The notes: generated by a model from the letters alone, not told the origin. DNA of 50,863 nucleotides from an uncultured Gammaproteobacteria bacterium (GCA_964435515.1 CAYSZD010000006.1:1-50863); one strand, 5' to 3'. Positions 36,551 through 45,428 are shown, counted from the first letter of the stretch. A program made the numbers and translations.

Positions 36551-37588
36551 ATGTATATATTAGGATTAGAAAGTAGTTGTGATGAAAGCGCTGCCGCTGT
36601 TTTAGAAGCTAAAGGCACTAAAACTAAAATTCTTAGCAATGTCATTGCATCTCAAATAGATATTCACGCTCAATATGGAGGCGTTGTTCCAGAAGTCGCT
36701 GCTCGCGAACATGTTTTGCATATATTGCCTACAATAGATGAAGCTCTGAGAAAGGCTAAAATAGGTCCTAAGGATTTAAAAGCCATTGCGGTTACTCAAG
36801 GACCAGGACTTGTTAGTTCTCTATTAGCTGCCACTGAAAATGCCAAGGCGCTATCACTTATTTGGAAAAAAGAAATTATTCCCGTTCATCATATTGTTGG
36901 TCATATCTATGCTTCTTTTATTGATACCAATCCGAACCCAGCCTTTCCTCTAATAGCCTTGGTAATCTCTGGCGGTCATAGTAATCTTATCTACATGTCC
37001 GATCATTATAATTTTAAAGTAATTGGCGAAACCAGGGACGATGCTGCCGGAGAGGCCTATGACAAAGCAGCTAAAATGATGGGCCTATCATATCCTGGTG
37101 GACCTATTATCGCTAAATATGCAGAAGAGTTTAGACGAAGCGCTAAAGAATGTAAAATCGAATTACCTAGACCAATGTTAAATTCGAATAATTTAGATTT
37201 TTCTTTCTCTGGACTAAAGACCGCCCTCCTATACAAACTACAAAAAGATAAACAATGGAAAAATAGGGTTCCGGAATATTGCTTTGCCCTAGAATCTGCC
37301 ATTATTGACACTTTAGTACATAAAAGCCTAAAAGCTATAGCTAAATATCAACCTAAAAGCTTTATTTTAGCGGGAGGAGTATCAGCTAATATTGCTCTTA
37401 GAAACACTTTATCAACTAAAATAAAAGAAAAATCACCAAAAACTAATATTTTCTTAGCAAATCTAGCTTATACCACTGACAATGCCGCCATGATTGCAGC
37501 GGCAGGCTATTTTAAATATTATAAGCAAAAAAATAAGGCTTTTGTAGATTATTCCACATTAAATGTAAAATGCGATTTAAAATTTTAA
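36551..37588 (+). CDS. tsaD: tRNA N6-threonylcarbamoyladenosine transferase TsaD
   Basis: ILGLESSCDESAAA, GGVVPEVAAREH, HHIVGH, ISGGHS, DDAAGEAYDK, FSFSGLKT, TDNAAMIA. Confidence 0.98.
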   Translation: MYILGLESSCDESAAAVLEAKGTKTKILSNVIASQIDIHAQYGGVVPEVAAREHVLHILPTIDEALRKAKIGPKDLKAIAVTQGPGLVSSLLAATENAKALSLIWKKEIIPVHHIVGHIYASFIDTNPNPAFPLIALVISGGHSNLIYMSDHYNFKVIGETRDDAAGEAYDKAAKMMGLSYPGGPIIAKYAEEFRRSAKECKIELPRPMLNSNNLDFSFSGLKTALLYKLQKDKQWKNRVPEYCFALESAIIDTLVHKSLKAIAKYQPKSFILAGGVSANIALRNTLSTKIKEKSPKTNIFLANLAYTTDNAAMIAAAGYFKYYKQKNKAFVDYSTLNVKCDLKF

Positions 37589-37633
37589 AATTTGCTTTTT
37601 TTAGCAATATCTTATAAAATATCTATTAATAAA

Positions 37634-37707
37634 GGCTCGGTGGTGAAGTGGTCTAACACTGCAGTTTGCAAAACTGTCATTCGTGGGTTCGAATCCCACT
37701 CGAGCCT
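37634..37707 (+). tRNA. tRNA-Cys(GCA)
   Basis: Acceptor stem GGCTCGG/TCGAGCC, discriminator U, anticodon arm GCAGT-TTGCAAA-ACTGT. Confidence 0.96.
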
Positions 37708-37748
37708 CAAACTCCTTTAAGTTTTACTTAAAGGTTTTTTAATAAAGT

Positions 37749-37900
37749 TGTGGATAACTTGTGATTTCTGTGTAAAACAAATAAACTTTAGTCTACAAAT
37801 ATCTAGACTTAAGTCTAAAAACTCTTTAATTTTTTGCCTAAAATTAAATAAAATAATTAATATTACCACAAAATAAGCATTAGGGCTTGCGTTGTCCACA
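37749..37900. promoter_or_regulatory. Cluster of DnaA-box-like 9-mers
   Basis: TGTGGATAA (37749), TGTGTAAAA (37769) and TTGTCCACA (37892, 1 mismatch to TTWTNCACA). Confidence 0.45.
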
Positions 37901-37915
37901 AATATGTGCTATAAT
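37887..37915 (+). promoter_or_regulatory. Strong sigma70-type promoter for the 37921-38258 transcript
   Basis: TTGCGT-17 nt-TATAAT with TG extended -10. Confidence 0.8.
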
Positions 37916-37920
37916 ACTTA

Positions 37921-38258
37921 TAGTTAGATAAAGTTCTTTTTACTAAATCTTGAAAATATCATCAGCGCTAGCATGATGAGAGAAGGACTAATAGTCCATG
38001 GAGTAGGATAAACAGAGCTAATCAAAATTATTAAATAATATATTTAATAAAATTAGCAATAGAAATCATAAAGAAAATCTTACAAAGAATTGGTGAAAAG
38101 AAAACAGCTTAAGCTAGCAAGCTCCAAATATAATCCTGGCCGAAAAAATTGATAAAAATCAATGAAACAGTATGCTAGGATTGGAGCTCAGACGCGGCCT
38201 ATTATTTATAATTACTTTATACTATATAAAGAGGGGCCCGTTCTGGGCTCCTTTTTTA
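37921..38258 (+). ncRNA. Candidate large structured ncRNA of unknown class (RNase-P-like motifs, non-canonical)
   Basis: Own promoter and terminator, no credible ORF, several complementary helices with A-rich linkers. Confidence 0.6.
38231..38258 (+). terminator. Intrinsic terminator of the candidate ncRNA
   Basis: GGGGCCC-GTTCT-GGGCTCC followed by TTTTTT. Confidence 0.85.
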
Positions 38259-38345
38259 TTAGTAAAAACAAGACTAAACTTGAATTATTATTGCTTTATT
38301 TCTCTATTACTGCTAAAAATTAATTATTATAAATACAACATATAT

Positions 38346-39410
38346 ATGTCTTTATCCATAGCAATTGTAGGACTACCTAATGTAGGCAAATCTAGCCTAT
38401 TTAATATCCTCACTAAAAAAAGCGTTGAAGCTGCTAATTATCCTTTTTGTACCATTGATCCAAATGTCGGGATAGTAAAAGTGCCAGATGAGCGACTATA
38501 CAAACTCGCCGAAGTGTCTAAACCAGCTAAAATTATAGCCACTAGTATTGAATTTGTAGACATAGCGGGATTAGTGGCCGGTGCGAGCAAGGGTGAAGGA
38601 CTTGGTAATCAATTTTTAGCTCATATTAGAGAATGTGACGCTATTTGTGAGGTTATCCGTGATTTTAAAGATGAAAACATTATTCATGTTAATGGACAAA
38701 TTGATCCAGAATCTGACAAAGAAACAATAAACATCGAATTAATATTAGCTGATTTAGCCAGTGTTAGTAAAAGATTAGAAAAAACAAAAAAAGAAAGCCG
38801 AAGCGGAAACAAAGAATTAGTTTTTCAAGCATCAATATTAGAAAAAATAAATCAACATTTGGAGGCTGGCTTAGCTTTAAGGTCTCTGTCTTTTACTGAA
38901 GAAGAATTACCATACGTTAATAGTTTAAATTTACTAACTATAAAGCCCATTATCTATCTCTTAAATACTGATAACTTAGATACAATACCAAATCTAAATA
39001 ATTTAGACGGAGAAATAATTGCAGTTAATGTAAAAATAGAAGCAGAAATTAATTCTCTTCCAGAAGAAGAGCAGGCAGAATATATAAAAGAATTAGGCTT
39101 AGAACAAAGTGGTTTAGATAAATTAATTGCTGCCTCCTATAAATTATTAGGTCTGGACACTTTCTTTACTACTGGCACCGACGAAACAAGAGCTTGGACT
39201 GTTAAACATGGAGCTAAAGCACCTGAAGCAGCTGGAGTAATTCATACTGATTTTATTAAAGGTTTTATTAGGGCCGAGGTTATTAGCTGTGAACAACTAA
39301 TTGCTATTGGCAATGAAACAAAGGCTCGCGAACAAGGTTTAATCAGAACTGAAGGAAAAGAATATATTATAAAAGATGGAGATGTCTGTCATTTCTTAGT
39401 AAATCGCTAA
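38346..39410 (+). CDS. ychF: Ribosome-binding ATPase YchF (start set at MSLSIAIVG rather than at 38172)
   Basis: GLPNVGKS, ANYPFCTIDPN, DIAGLV.GASKGEGLGNQFL, FFTTG.DETRAW, APEAAGVIHTDF, C-terminal TGS domain. Confidence 0.97.
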   Translation: MSLSIAIVGLPNVGKSSLFNILTKKSVEAANYPFCTIDPNVGIVKVPDERLYKLAEVSKPAKIIATSIEFVDIAGLVAGASKGEGLGNQFLAHIRECDAICEVIRDFKDENIIHVNGQIDPESDKETINIELILADLASVSKRLEKTKKESRSGNKELVFQASILEKINQHLEAGLALRSLSFTEEELPYVNSLNLLTIKPIIYLLNTDNLDTIPNLNNLDGEIIAVNVKIEAEINSLPEEEQAEYIKELGLEQSGLDKLIAASYKLLGLDTFFTTGTDETRAWTVKHGAKAPEAAGVIHTDFIKGFIRAEVISCEQLIAIGNETKAREQGLIRTEGKEYIIKDGDVCHFLVNR

Positions 39411-39455
39411 ATTAAATTTAAATAAGCAAAAAGCACTTTTAAGTGCTTTTTTATA

Positions 39456-40001
39456 TTAACGAGATAAAGGAATTCTTGATGAATGAGAAGGGCTGGATGA
39501 AACAGGCGATGATTTTGTATTCTTTCTATCACTAGTTACTTGACTGATAGATGTAGAAGTTTCTCTGTTACCAACTGATACCCTTGATTTAGGAGAAGAT
39601 ACATCACTTAAACCTGAGCCTCTATTAAATTGTTGACTGGCAAAACCTGGAGTAACTATTTCACCATCGTCTGCCCTAATAATACGTACATGAGATTTTT
39701 CTTTCTTTATTTCTCCGCCACTAGCCAATTTATCTACAATTTTTTGCACCGTTTTAAGCTCAGTTGATTTTAAATCGCCACTAGCTTTAATCCTGTGGAG
39801 CATGGTATTTTGCTGAGATTTACTAAAAGTACCACGACGAATAGAATCTTGCGAGACCTTTACGGCCTTCATAATTGCTTCCTGATTTGCAGATAATTTA
39901 GCAATATCTCCACCTTGCTTACTCAAATATTTAAACTTACTGTTAAAAGCATTAGCGCTAAATTTTTTGCCTCCTCCTGGCAGGCTATTAATTCCGCTCA
40001 T
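39456..40001 (-). CDS. Hypothetical basic protein with Ser-rich disordered tail
   Basis: 181-aa ORF 9 nt downstream of the methyltransferase; bidirectional terminator at 39428-39452. Confidence 0.75.
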   Translation of the reverse strand: MSGINSLPGGGKKFSANAFNSKFKYLSKQGGDIAKLSANQEAIMKAVKVSQDSIRRGTFSKSQQNTMLHRIKASGDLKSTELKTVQKIVDKLASGGEIKKEKSHVRIIRADDGEIVTPGFASQQFNRGSGLSDVSSPKSRVSVGNRETSTSISQVTSDRKNTKSSPVSSSPSHSSRIPLSR

Positions 40002-40010
40002 AAAATATAG

Positions 40011-41189
40011 TTATTTTTCTAAAATTATTAATTCGCGCCATACTTTTTGACCCGCTCTATTATATAATAAAGTATTACGTAAACTTTTTTTAAGCCAAGG
40101 TAAGTCCTTAAATTTTGATGGCAATGGATCTATGAATTTCCACTTATCTAGATTTACTTGTAAAAATTCTCTACCAAAAAATACTGGCCAAACCATCACT
40201 ACTCTGCCACCGTCTTTCATAATTTGATAAAAAGCCTCTAAGGATTTAGTATATAAAACTTCTAATTCAGTAATTACTGATGAAATTGAATTTAAATCTC
40301 GTTGTGGGCCTAAATAAGGCTCAGTAACTATGGTTCCAACCGTATTTGGCTTAATAAATTGAGACAGACGAGTAGCGTTTTTAATATGAAATTTAGCTTT
40401 TATCTCTAAAGAATATAAAGTTCTTAACCATTCAGCATTCACTCGACTATCATTAATAGCTTTTTCCGATAAATCGGTGCCCATCAAATTAGTATAGCCC
40501 ATCAACATTGCTTCATTAATAACTGTACCAGAGCCGCAAAAAGGATCAAGAATTAAATCTTCCTGTGTATTAGGAGAGGCTATATTTAACATCATCTGGG
40601 CTAATTTAGGCGGAAGCATGCCTGAATGATCATCTCTAACTGGACGACCATAATCACGACGAGAGAGGTCTTTATAATCTTGAATCGCTAATGTAAGAGC
40701 AATATAAAGATTATTATCGTCTACATAAAAAATAAGCTCAGCTCCTTTGCTTAATAATTTATTCTGCCCCACAACCACACTAGATAATTCTTTTTCTCTA
40801 CTTGTAACTAATCTTGATGAAATATTAGCCGCTTTTAACTCTTTTTTAATCTGTAAACCTATTTTCTCCGCTTGAAAACGACCACCCACTCCTTGATCAG
40901 ACAGACCAAATACTAATTTTCCTTCACCTCTTTTAGCTTTAGCTATTAAAAGTTTTGAACAAATTTTAGCTATTTCAGTAAAAGGTGCATTAACTATCAT
41001 TTTTTCTTCTAATACAGCTATTTTAAGAGTACCTCCTAATCTTTTAATTAATTTATCTGCATTTATTTCACTATTTTGCTTCATTAAAATTCTCTCATTT
41101 TGCCAAAATAAGTTATTTTCACCTAAAACTGAGCTAATTTCTGCCACTGACCAGGCAGGATGTGTACCTAAAATAAAAATATAATCCAT
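40011..41189 (-). CDS. THUMP-like + SAM-dependent RNA amino-methyltransferase (Trm11/TrmG10-like)
   Basis: GMLPPKLAQMMLN, LDPFCGSGT (motif I), GTDLS, IVTEPYLGP (motif IV-like); N-terminal extension. Confidence 0.8.
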   Translation of the reverse strand: MDYIFILGTHPAWSVAEISSVLGENNLFWQNERILMKQNSEINADKLIKRLGGTLKIAVLEEKMIVNAPFTEIAKICSKLLIAKAKRGEGKLVFGLSDQGVGGRFQAEKIGLQIKKELKAANISSRLVTSREKELSSVVVGQNKLLSKGAELIFYVDDNNLYIALTLAIQDYKDLSRRDYGRPVRDDHSGMLPPKLAQMMLNIASPNTQEDLILDPFCGSGTVINEAMLMGYTNLMGTDLSEKAINDSRVNAEWLRTLYSLEIKAKFHIKNATRLSQFIKPNTVGTIVTEPYLGPQRDLNSISSVITELEVLYTKSLEAFYQIMKDGGRVVMVWPVFFGREFLQVNLDKWKFIDPLPSKFKDLPWLKKSLRNTLLYNRAGQKVWRELIILEK

Positions 41190-41261
41190 ATGCTATTACT
41201 ATGCCCTAAGTCTTGCTTTTTTTCAAGCATTATGATAACTTAAATACATAAATTAATATTT

Positions 41262-41380
41262 ATCATATCTTTCCCACGTTTTGAGCTAGTCTCAAAATAA
41301 TTCCGCTATTTATCAGACGGAATTAAAGGTATTCTTAGAAAACCCTGATTCTCTAGAATACTTGGGTTTTTATTTAATAA
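41262..41380 (+). promoter_or_regulatory. Structured 5' leader of the rpsF-ssb-rpsR operon
   Basis: Hairpins TTTTGAG/CTCAAAA, AATTCCG/CGGAATT and AAACCC/GGGTTT(T), the last with alternative pairing GTATTCT/AGAATAC. Confidence 0.4.
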
Positions 41381-41440
41381 TGAGTGTTAGAAAAATGTTA
41401 AATAATAATAACATCCTTTTTAAGCTCAATATGTTACACT

Positions 41441-41956
41441 ATGTCAAAGACAAAAAAAAGTGGCCCAGGTCGCTATGAAATGCTTTTTATCATCGCTAAC
41501 AACTACACAGAAGATGAAGCTAAACAAATTATCAGTAAAACCGAAGCTTTATTAGAAGAAAATAATGCTACTATCGTGTACCGAGAATATTGGGGTAAGA
41601 AAAAACTTGCTTATCCTATTGGACAAAATCACTATGGCTACTATAGCTTATGTGAATTCGAAACCGAAAGACAGCATGTATTAGAATTAAATCGTCTTCT
41701 TAGCCTTTCTAAAGAAATTTTACGTCATCAAATTGTAAGTGTTCCTGCATTGAGCAATGAAGAGAGAGAAAAGATGAAACAAAAACAAATAGAAGCTTCT
41801 GCAAAAGATGGCAAAGAAGAAAAAGGAGCTAAAGAAAAAATTGAAAAAGTAAGTGATAAAATTGAAAAAATTGAGAAAAAGGATGAGAAAAAAACTAACC
41901 TTAAAGATTTAGATGAAAAATTAGAAGGCATTATTAGTGCCAAAGATCTTATATAA
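41441..41956 (+). CDS. rpsF: 30S ribosomal protein S6 with long charged C-terminal extension
   Basis: RYEMLFII, WGKKKLAYPI, GYY, EILRH; precedes ssb-rpsR. Confidence 0.96.
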   Translation: MSKTKKSGPGRYEMLFIIANNYTEDEAKQIISKTEALLEENNATIVYREYWGKKKLAYPIGQNHYGYYSLCEFETERQHVLELNRLLSLSKEILRHQIVSVPALSNEEREKMKQKQIEASAKDGKEEKGAKEKIEKVSDKIEKIEKKDEKKTNLKDLDEKLEGIISAKDLI

Positions 41957-42009
41957 ATTAATCTGCTTAATTTTATAAGCGCGTTTATAAAGTTAAGTTC
42001 TACAAAAAT

Positions 42010-42468
42010 ATGAACTTAAACAAAGCTATGGTCATCGGTAATCTAACTCGTGACCCAGAAATGCGATCAACCCCATCAGGTCAAAACGTTGCATCTTTCA
42101 GCGTTGCGACTAGCCTAACCTGGACAGATAATTCTGGCCAACAACAAAAGAAAACTGAATTTCATAATATTATTGCTTGGAGAAAATTAGCTGATATCTG
42201 TGGCCAATATCTCCACAAAGGATCTAAAGTATATATTGAAGGTAGATTACAAACTAGTGATTGGACCGGTCAAGATGGAGTAAAAAAATATCGTACTGAA
42301 ATTATTGTAGAAAATATGATTATGCTTGATAAAGCTGGCGATAATAATAATTCAAATAGTAATTTTAATCCTAAGCAAAACAATGCTCCTCGTCAGCAAG
42401 AAGAAGAATTACCTACTATCAACGCTGATGAAGAAGAAGAAATAAGTGTGGAAAATATTCCTTTCTAA
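42010..42468 (+). CDS. ssb: Single-stranded DNA-binding protein
   Basis: NKAMVIGNLTRDPEMR, GSKVYIEGRLQT, acidic tail ending ENIPF. Confidence 0.98.
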   Translation: MNLNKAMVIGNLTRDPEMRSTPSGQNVASFSVATSLTWTDNSGQQQKKTEFHNIIAWRKLADICGQYLHKGSKVYIEGRLQTSDWTGQDGVKKYRTEIIVENMIMLDKAGDNNNSNSNFNPKQNNAPRQQEEELPTINADEEEEISVENIPF

Positions 42469-42492
42469 AAATTAAAACTATAATAAGCTTAT

Positions 42493-42702
42493 ATGAACAC
42501 TAAACACAAAGACTGTTATTTCTGCGTCAATCAAGTTGAAGTAGATTACAAAGATGTAAGAACCTTACGTCGTTTCATTAATTTCTATATGAAAATTTTG
42601 CCTGGAGATCGTACTGGTATCTGCGCTTGGCATCAAAGAAAATTAACCCAAGCTATTAAAAGAGCTCGCGTAATGGCTCTATTATCTCCAACTCATAAAT
42701 AA
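42493..42702 (+). CDS. rpsR: 30S ribosomal protein S18 (C+ zinc-ribbon type)
   Basis: CYFC..VDYKD..L..F..KILP..RTGIC..HQR.L..AIKRAR..ALL. Confidence 0.97.
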   Translation: MNTKHKDCYFCVNQVEVDYKDVRTLRRFINFYMKILPGDRTGICAWHQRKLTQAIKRARVMALLSPTHK

Positions 42703-42707
42703 ATTTT

Positions 42708-43268
42708 ATGTTGAATTTTAATGAAATAAAAACCGGTCGCATTATTCTTTTAAATGCAGAGCCTTATGTAATTGTAAAAGCTGACCATCATCAAATGGGC
42801 AGAGGTGGCGCTGTATTAAAAGTTAAATGTCGCAATTTAATTAGTGCTAATGTTTTAGAACGCACTTTTCAGGGAGCAGAAAAAGCTGAAGAGGCTGCAA
42901 CAGAAAGAAAAAAAGCTAACTTTATGTATAAAGATAAAGATGAAGCTTTTTTTATGGACAACGAATCCTACGAACAATTTGGTCTCGCTCTAGAGGAACT
43001 AGGAGATAAAGTGCAGTTTTTAAAAGAAGGGACTGATGTAAATGTATTATATTTTAATGCTAAACCAGTAAGTTTAGATTTACCAATAAAAATGGAATTT
43101 AAAGTAACTTCAGCTCCTCCTGGTATAAAAGGCAATTCAGCTGGTAATGTCAATAAACAAATTGAAATTGAAACTGGCGCCGTTATTAATGCTCCGATGT
43201 TTATTGAAGAAGGAGACTTAATAAGAATAAATACTGAAACTGGTGAATATGTAGAAAGAGTTAACTAA
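42708..43268 (+). CDS. efp: Translation elongation factor P
   Basis: HHQMGRGGA loop, GNSAG..K..ETGA.I..PMFI.EG..I.I.T.TG.YVER. Confidence 0.97.
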   Translation: MLNFNEIKTGRIILLNAEPYVIVKADHHQMGRGGAVLKVKCRNLISANVLERTFQGAEKAEEAATERKKANFMYKDKDEAFFMDNESYEQFGLALEELGDKVQFLKEGTDVNVLYFNAKPVSLDLPIKMEFKVTSAPPGIKGNSAGNVNKQIEIETGAVINAPMFIEEGDLIRINTETGEYVERVN

Positions 43269-43350
43269 AACAGTGAAAGGGTCGCCACTAAGGCGATTTT
43301 TTCTTATCACATTAAATCGACAAGTCCTTATTTCGTGTTATAATTATTAA

Positions 43351-44721
43351 ATGTCTAGTCTAATTATCATTGCTTTAATAGTTTTTACTGCCATTTCTAT
43401 TTTAAAATTAGATTGGGCTCTTTTTATTATTCTCGCCAGCTTACCAGCCTATCTTATTCGTTTTAATCTAGGACCAATTCCCTTTACCTTTTTAGAGGCG
43501 ATGATTATTATTATCTTTATCGCTTGGATAATAAAAAGTAAGCCTTGGCTGAGATTAAGAAAAAGCGCTTGGCAAGACAGAACAAAAAAATATCCATATT
43601 ATTTAGAAATAACAGGCATTCTTATCATTGCTTGGATAGCTTTAGCCATAGCGGGCTTTAATAATAGTTCTTTGGGAATTTTTAAAGCCTATTTTTTAGA
43701 GCCTATCATGCTCTATATAGTTATTATCAATTGTGGTAAGGGTGCAGAAAAAAAGTTTCTTTGGCCACTAACTATCTCCGCTTTATTATTAAGTCTCTTT
43801 GCCATCTTTCAGCAACTAACTGGATCTTTTATAGTCAATCCTTTTTGGGCCGCCCTAGAAACAAGAAGAGTAACATCCGTCTTTCCCTATCCTAATGCTC
43901 TAGGATTATTTTTAGCTCCTATTTTCTTTCTCAGCATATCTCTTTTCTACTTCTACCCCAAACGTAGCAATTTAATTACAGCTGCTAAAAAAATATTTAT
44001 TATCATCAGTCTTCTAAGTTCTATTTTAGCTATCTTTTTTGCTCGCTCAGAAGGTGCTCTCATTGGCATAATTGGCGCCCTGTTTATTGTGGCTATTTTA
44101 GCCAATAAAAAAAGTCGTCGCCTTGCTATTAGTTTAGCTGCACTGGGAATAATATTTCTCATAGCTTATGCACCGGCTTGGAAATATGTGCAACAAAAAG
44201 CTAGCCTTATGGATTTAAGCGGTCAAATTAGAAGACAACAATGGTCAGAGACAATAAGTATGTTAAAGGAAGGGAGAATTATAAGTGGTGCTGGACTAAG
44301 TAAATATCAAGAAAAAGTTTTACCCTTTCATCAAGAAGGAATATTTGTAAAAAATGATGACCCTGAATTTCAACGACACGTAGTCTGGAACGAAGAATAT
44401 CGTAAAAAAGTTTGGCAACCAGTAGAAATATATTTATATCCCCATAATATTTTTTTAAACTTCTGGACAGAACTTGGTTTATTTGGAGCCCTATTATTTA
44501 CCTGGCTAATAGCTCGTTATTTACTTGAAGCTCTTAAACTACTAAAAAATACTCAAGGCCGACATAAATATCTTATCCTTGGACTTATTGGCGCAATGAG
44601 CACTATCATTATTCATGGTTTAGTAGACGTTCCTTATTTTAAAAATGATTTAGCTATTCTTTTTTGGCTGCTAATTGCTCTTTTGGGAATTGTTAAGTTA
44701 AAACAAAAAACAAAAATATGA
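43351..44721 (+). CDS. O-antigen ligase / Wzy_C-family polytopic membrane protein
   Basis: R.TS.F.YPNALG, ARSEGA, R..QW, YPHNIFL..W.ELG, HGLVD. Confidence 0.88.
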   Translation: MSSLIIIALIVFTAISILKLDWALFIILASLPAYLIRFNLGPIPFTFLEAMIIIIFIAWIIKSKPWLRLRKSAWQDRTKKYPYYLEITGILIIAWIALAIAGFNNSSLGIFKAYFLEPIMLYIVIINCGKGAEKKFLWPLTISALLLSLFAIFQQLTGSFIVNPFWAALETRRVTSVFPYPNALGLFLAPIFFLSISLFYFYPKRSNLITAAKKIFIIISLLSSILAIFFARSEGALIGIIGALFIVAILANKKSRRLAISLAALGIIFLIAYAPAWKYVQQKASLMDLSGQIRRQQWSETISMLKEGRIISGAGLSKYQEKVLPFHQEGIFVKNDDPEFQRHVVWNEEYRKKVWQPVEIYLYPHNIFLNFWTELGLFGALLFTWLIARYLLEALKLLKNTQGRHKYLILGLIGAMSTIIIHGLVDVPYFKNDLAILFWLLIALLGIVKLKQKTKI

Positions 44722-45428
44722 TTTATTTAACAAAATATTTAGCTCAAGCTGGTGTAGCTAGTAGACGTCAAGCTGAAGAATTAATTAAAAAGAATAAAGT
44801 AACAGTAGATGGACAAAAAGCCTTTTTAGGTATGATGGTTGAAGGCAGCGAAGAAATAAAGGTGAGTAATCAAAAAGTTAATAATTCTTTAGCTAACAAA
44901 CAATTAGTTATCGCTCTTCACAAACCACTTGATTATACTTGTACTAATCGTCAGTTTAAAAATGAAAAAAATATATTCTCTCTTTTACCAGAAAAATATA
45001 AGAATCTAATTATTGCCGGAAGACTAGATAAAGAAAGTCGCGGTTTAGTTATTCTAACTAATGATGGTAATTTAGCTAATCACATTACTCATCCTAGATA
45101 TGAACATGATAAAAAATATTTAGTACGTTTTGCTAGGGAAGATGAGTTAAGATTAAATGAAAAAGATTTATACCAAAGAGCTAAAGAAGGAGTTAGAACA
45201 GAAGAAGGAGATATTCTGACAGCTAAAAGCATTCGCCAAGAAGGTGATCGTTGGGCTATTACCTTAGGAGAAGGAAAAAAACGGCATATTAGAAGACTCT
45301 TTTCTGGCATGGGTCTTAAAGTCTCAGATTTACAAAGAGTCAATATTGGCACCCTTGGTTTAGGTGGTTTAGATATTGGTCAATGGAGAGTATTATCAGA
45401 AAAAGATATTAAAAAACTTAGTAAATAA
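44718..45428 (+). CDS. RsuA/RluB-family rRNA pseudouridine synthase with S4 domain
   Basis: YLAQAGVASRRQAEELI, HKP, GRLDKESRGL (catalytic D), EGKKRHIRR; ATGA overlap with the upstream stop. Confidence 0.95.
   Translation: MIYLTKYLAQAGVASRRQAEELIKKNKVTVDGQKAFLGMMVEGSEEIKVSNQKVNNSLANKQLVIALHKPLDYTCTNRQFKNEKNIFSLLPEKYKNLIIAGRLDKESRGLVILTNDGNLANHITHPRYEHDKKYLVRFAREDELRLNEKDLYQRAKEGVRTEEGDILTAKSIRQEGDRWAITLGEGKKRHIRRLFSGMGLKVSDLQRVNIGTLGLGGLDIGQWRVLSEKDIKKLSK

Noticed and set aside
37921-38220. Group I intron or hammerhead ribozyme reading of the candidate ncRNA
   Set aside because: GACTA/TAGTCC resemble P7 strands but are adjacent and in the wrong context, there is no interrupted host gene, and CTGATGA (minus strand) is not followed by the stem II-GAAA core.
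38172-38345. N-terminal 58-aa extension of YchF in the ORF track
   Set aside because: It runs through a terminator and the candidate ncRNA; YchF homology begins at MSLSIAIVG (38346).
3398-45352. Remaining short ORF-track entries antisense to long genes (e.g. 3398-3580, 3701-3925, 10205-10435, 10466-10681, 13554-13850, 17749-17991, 22486-22680, 26203-26403, 27461-27730, 30294-30497, 32364-32744, 37057-37311, 41728-41943, 42968-43153, 43953-44162, 45089-45352) and 273-548, 37717-37899
   Set aside because: They overlap well-supported genes or regulatory DNA on the opposite strand and show no recognisable motifs, so they are treated as shadow ORFs.
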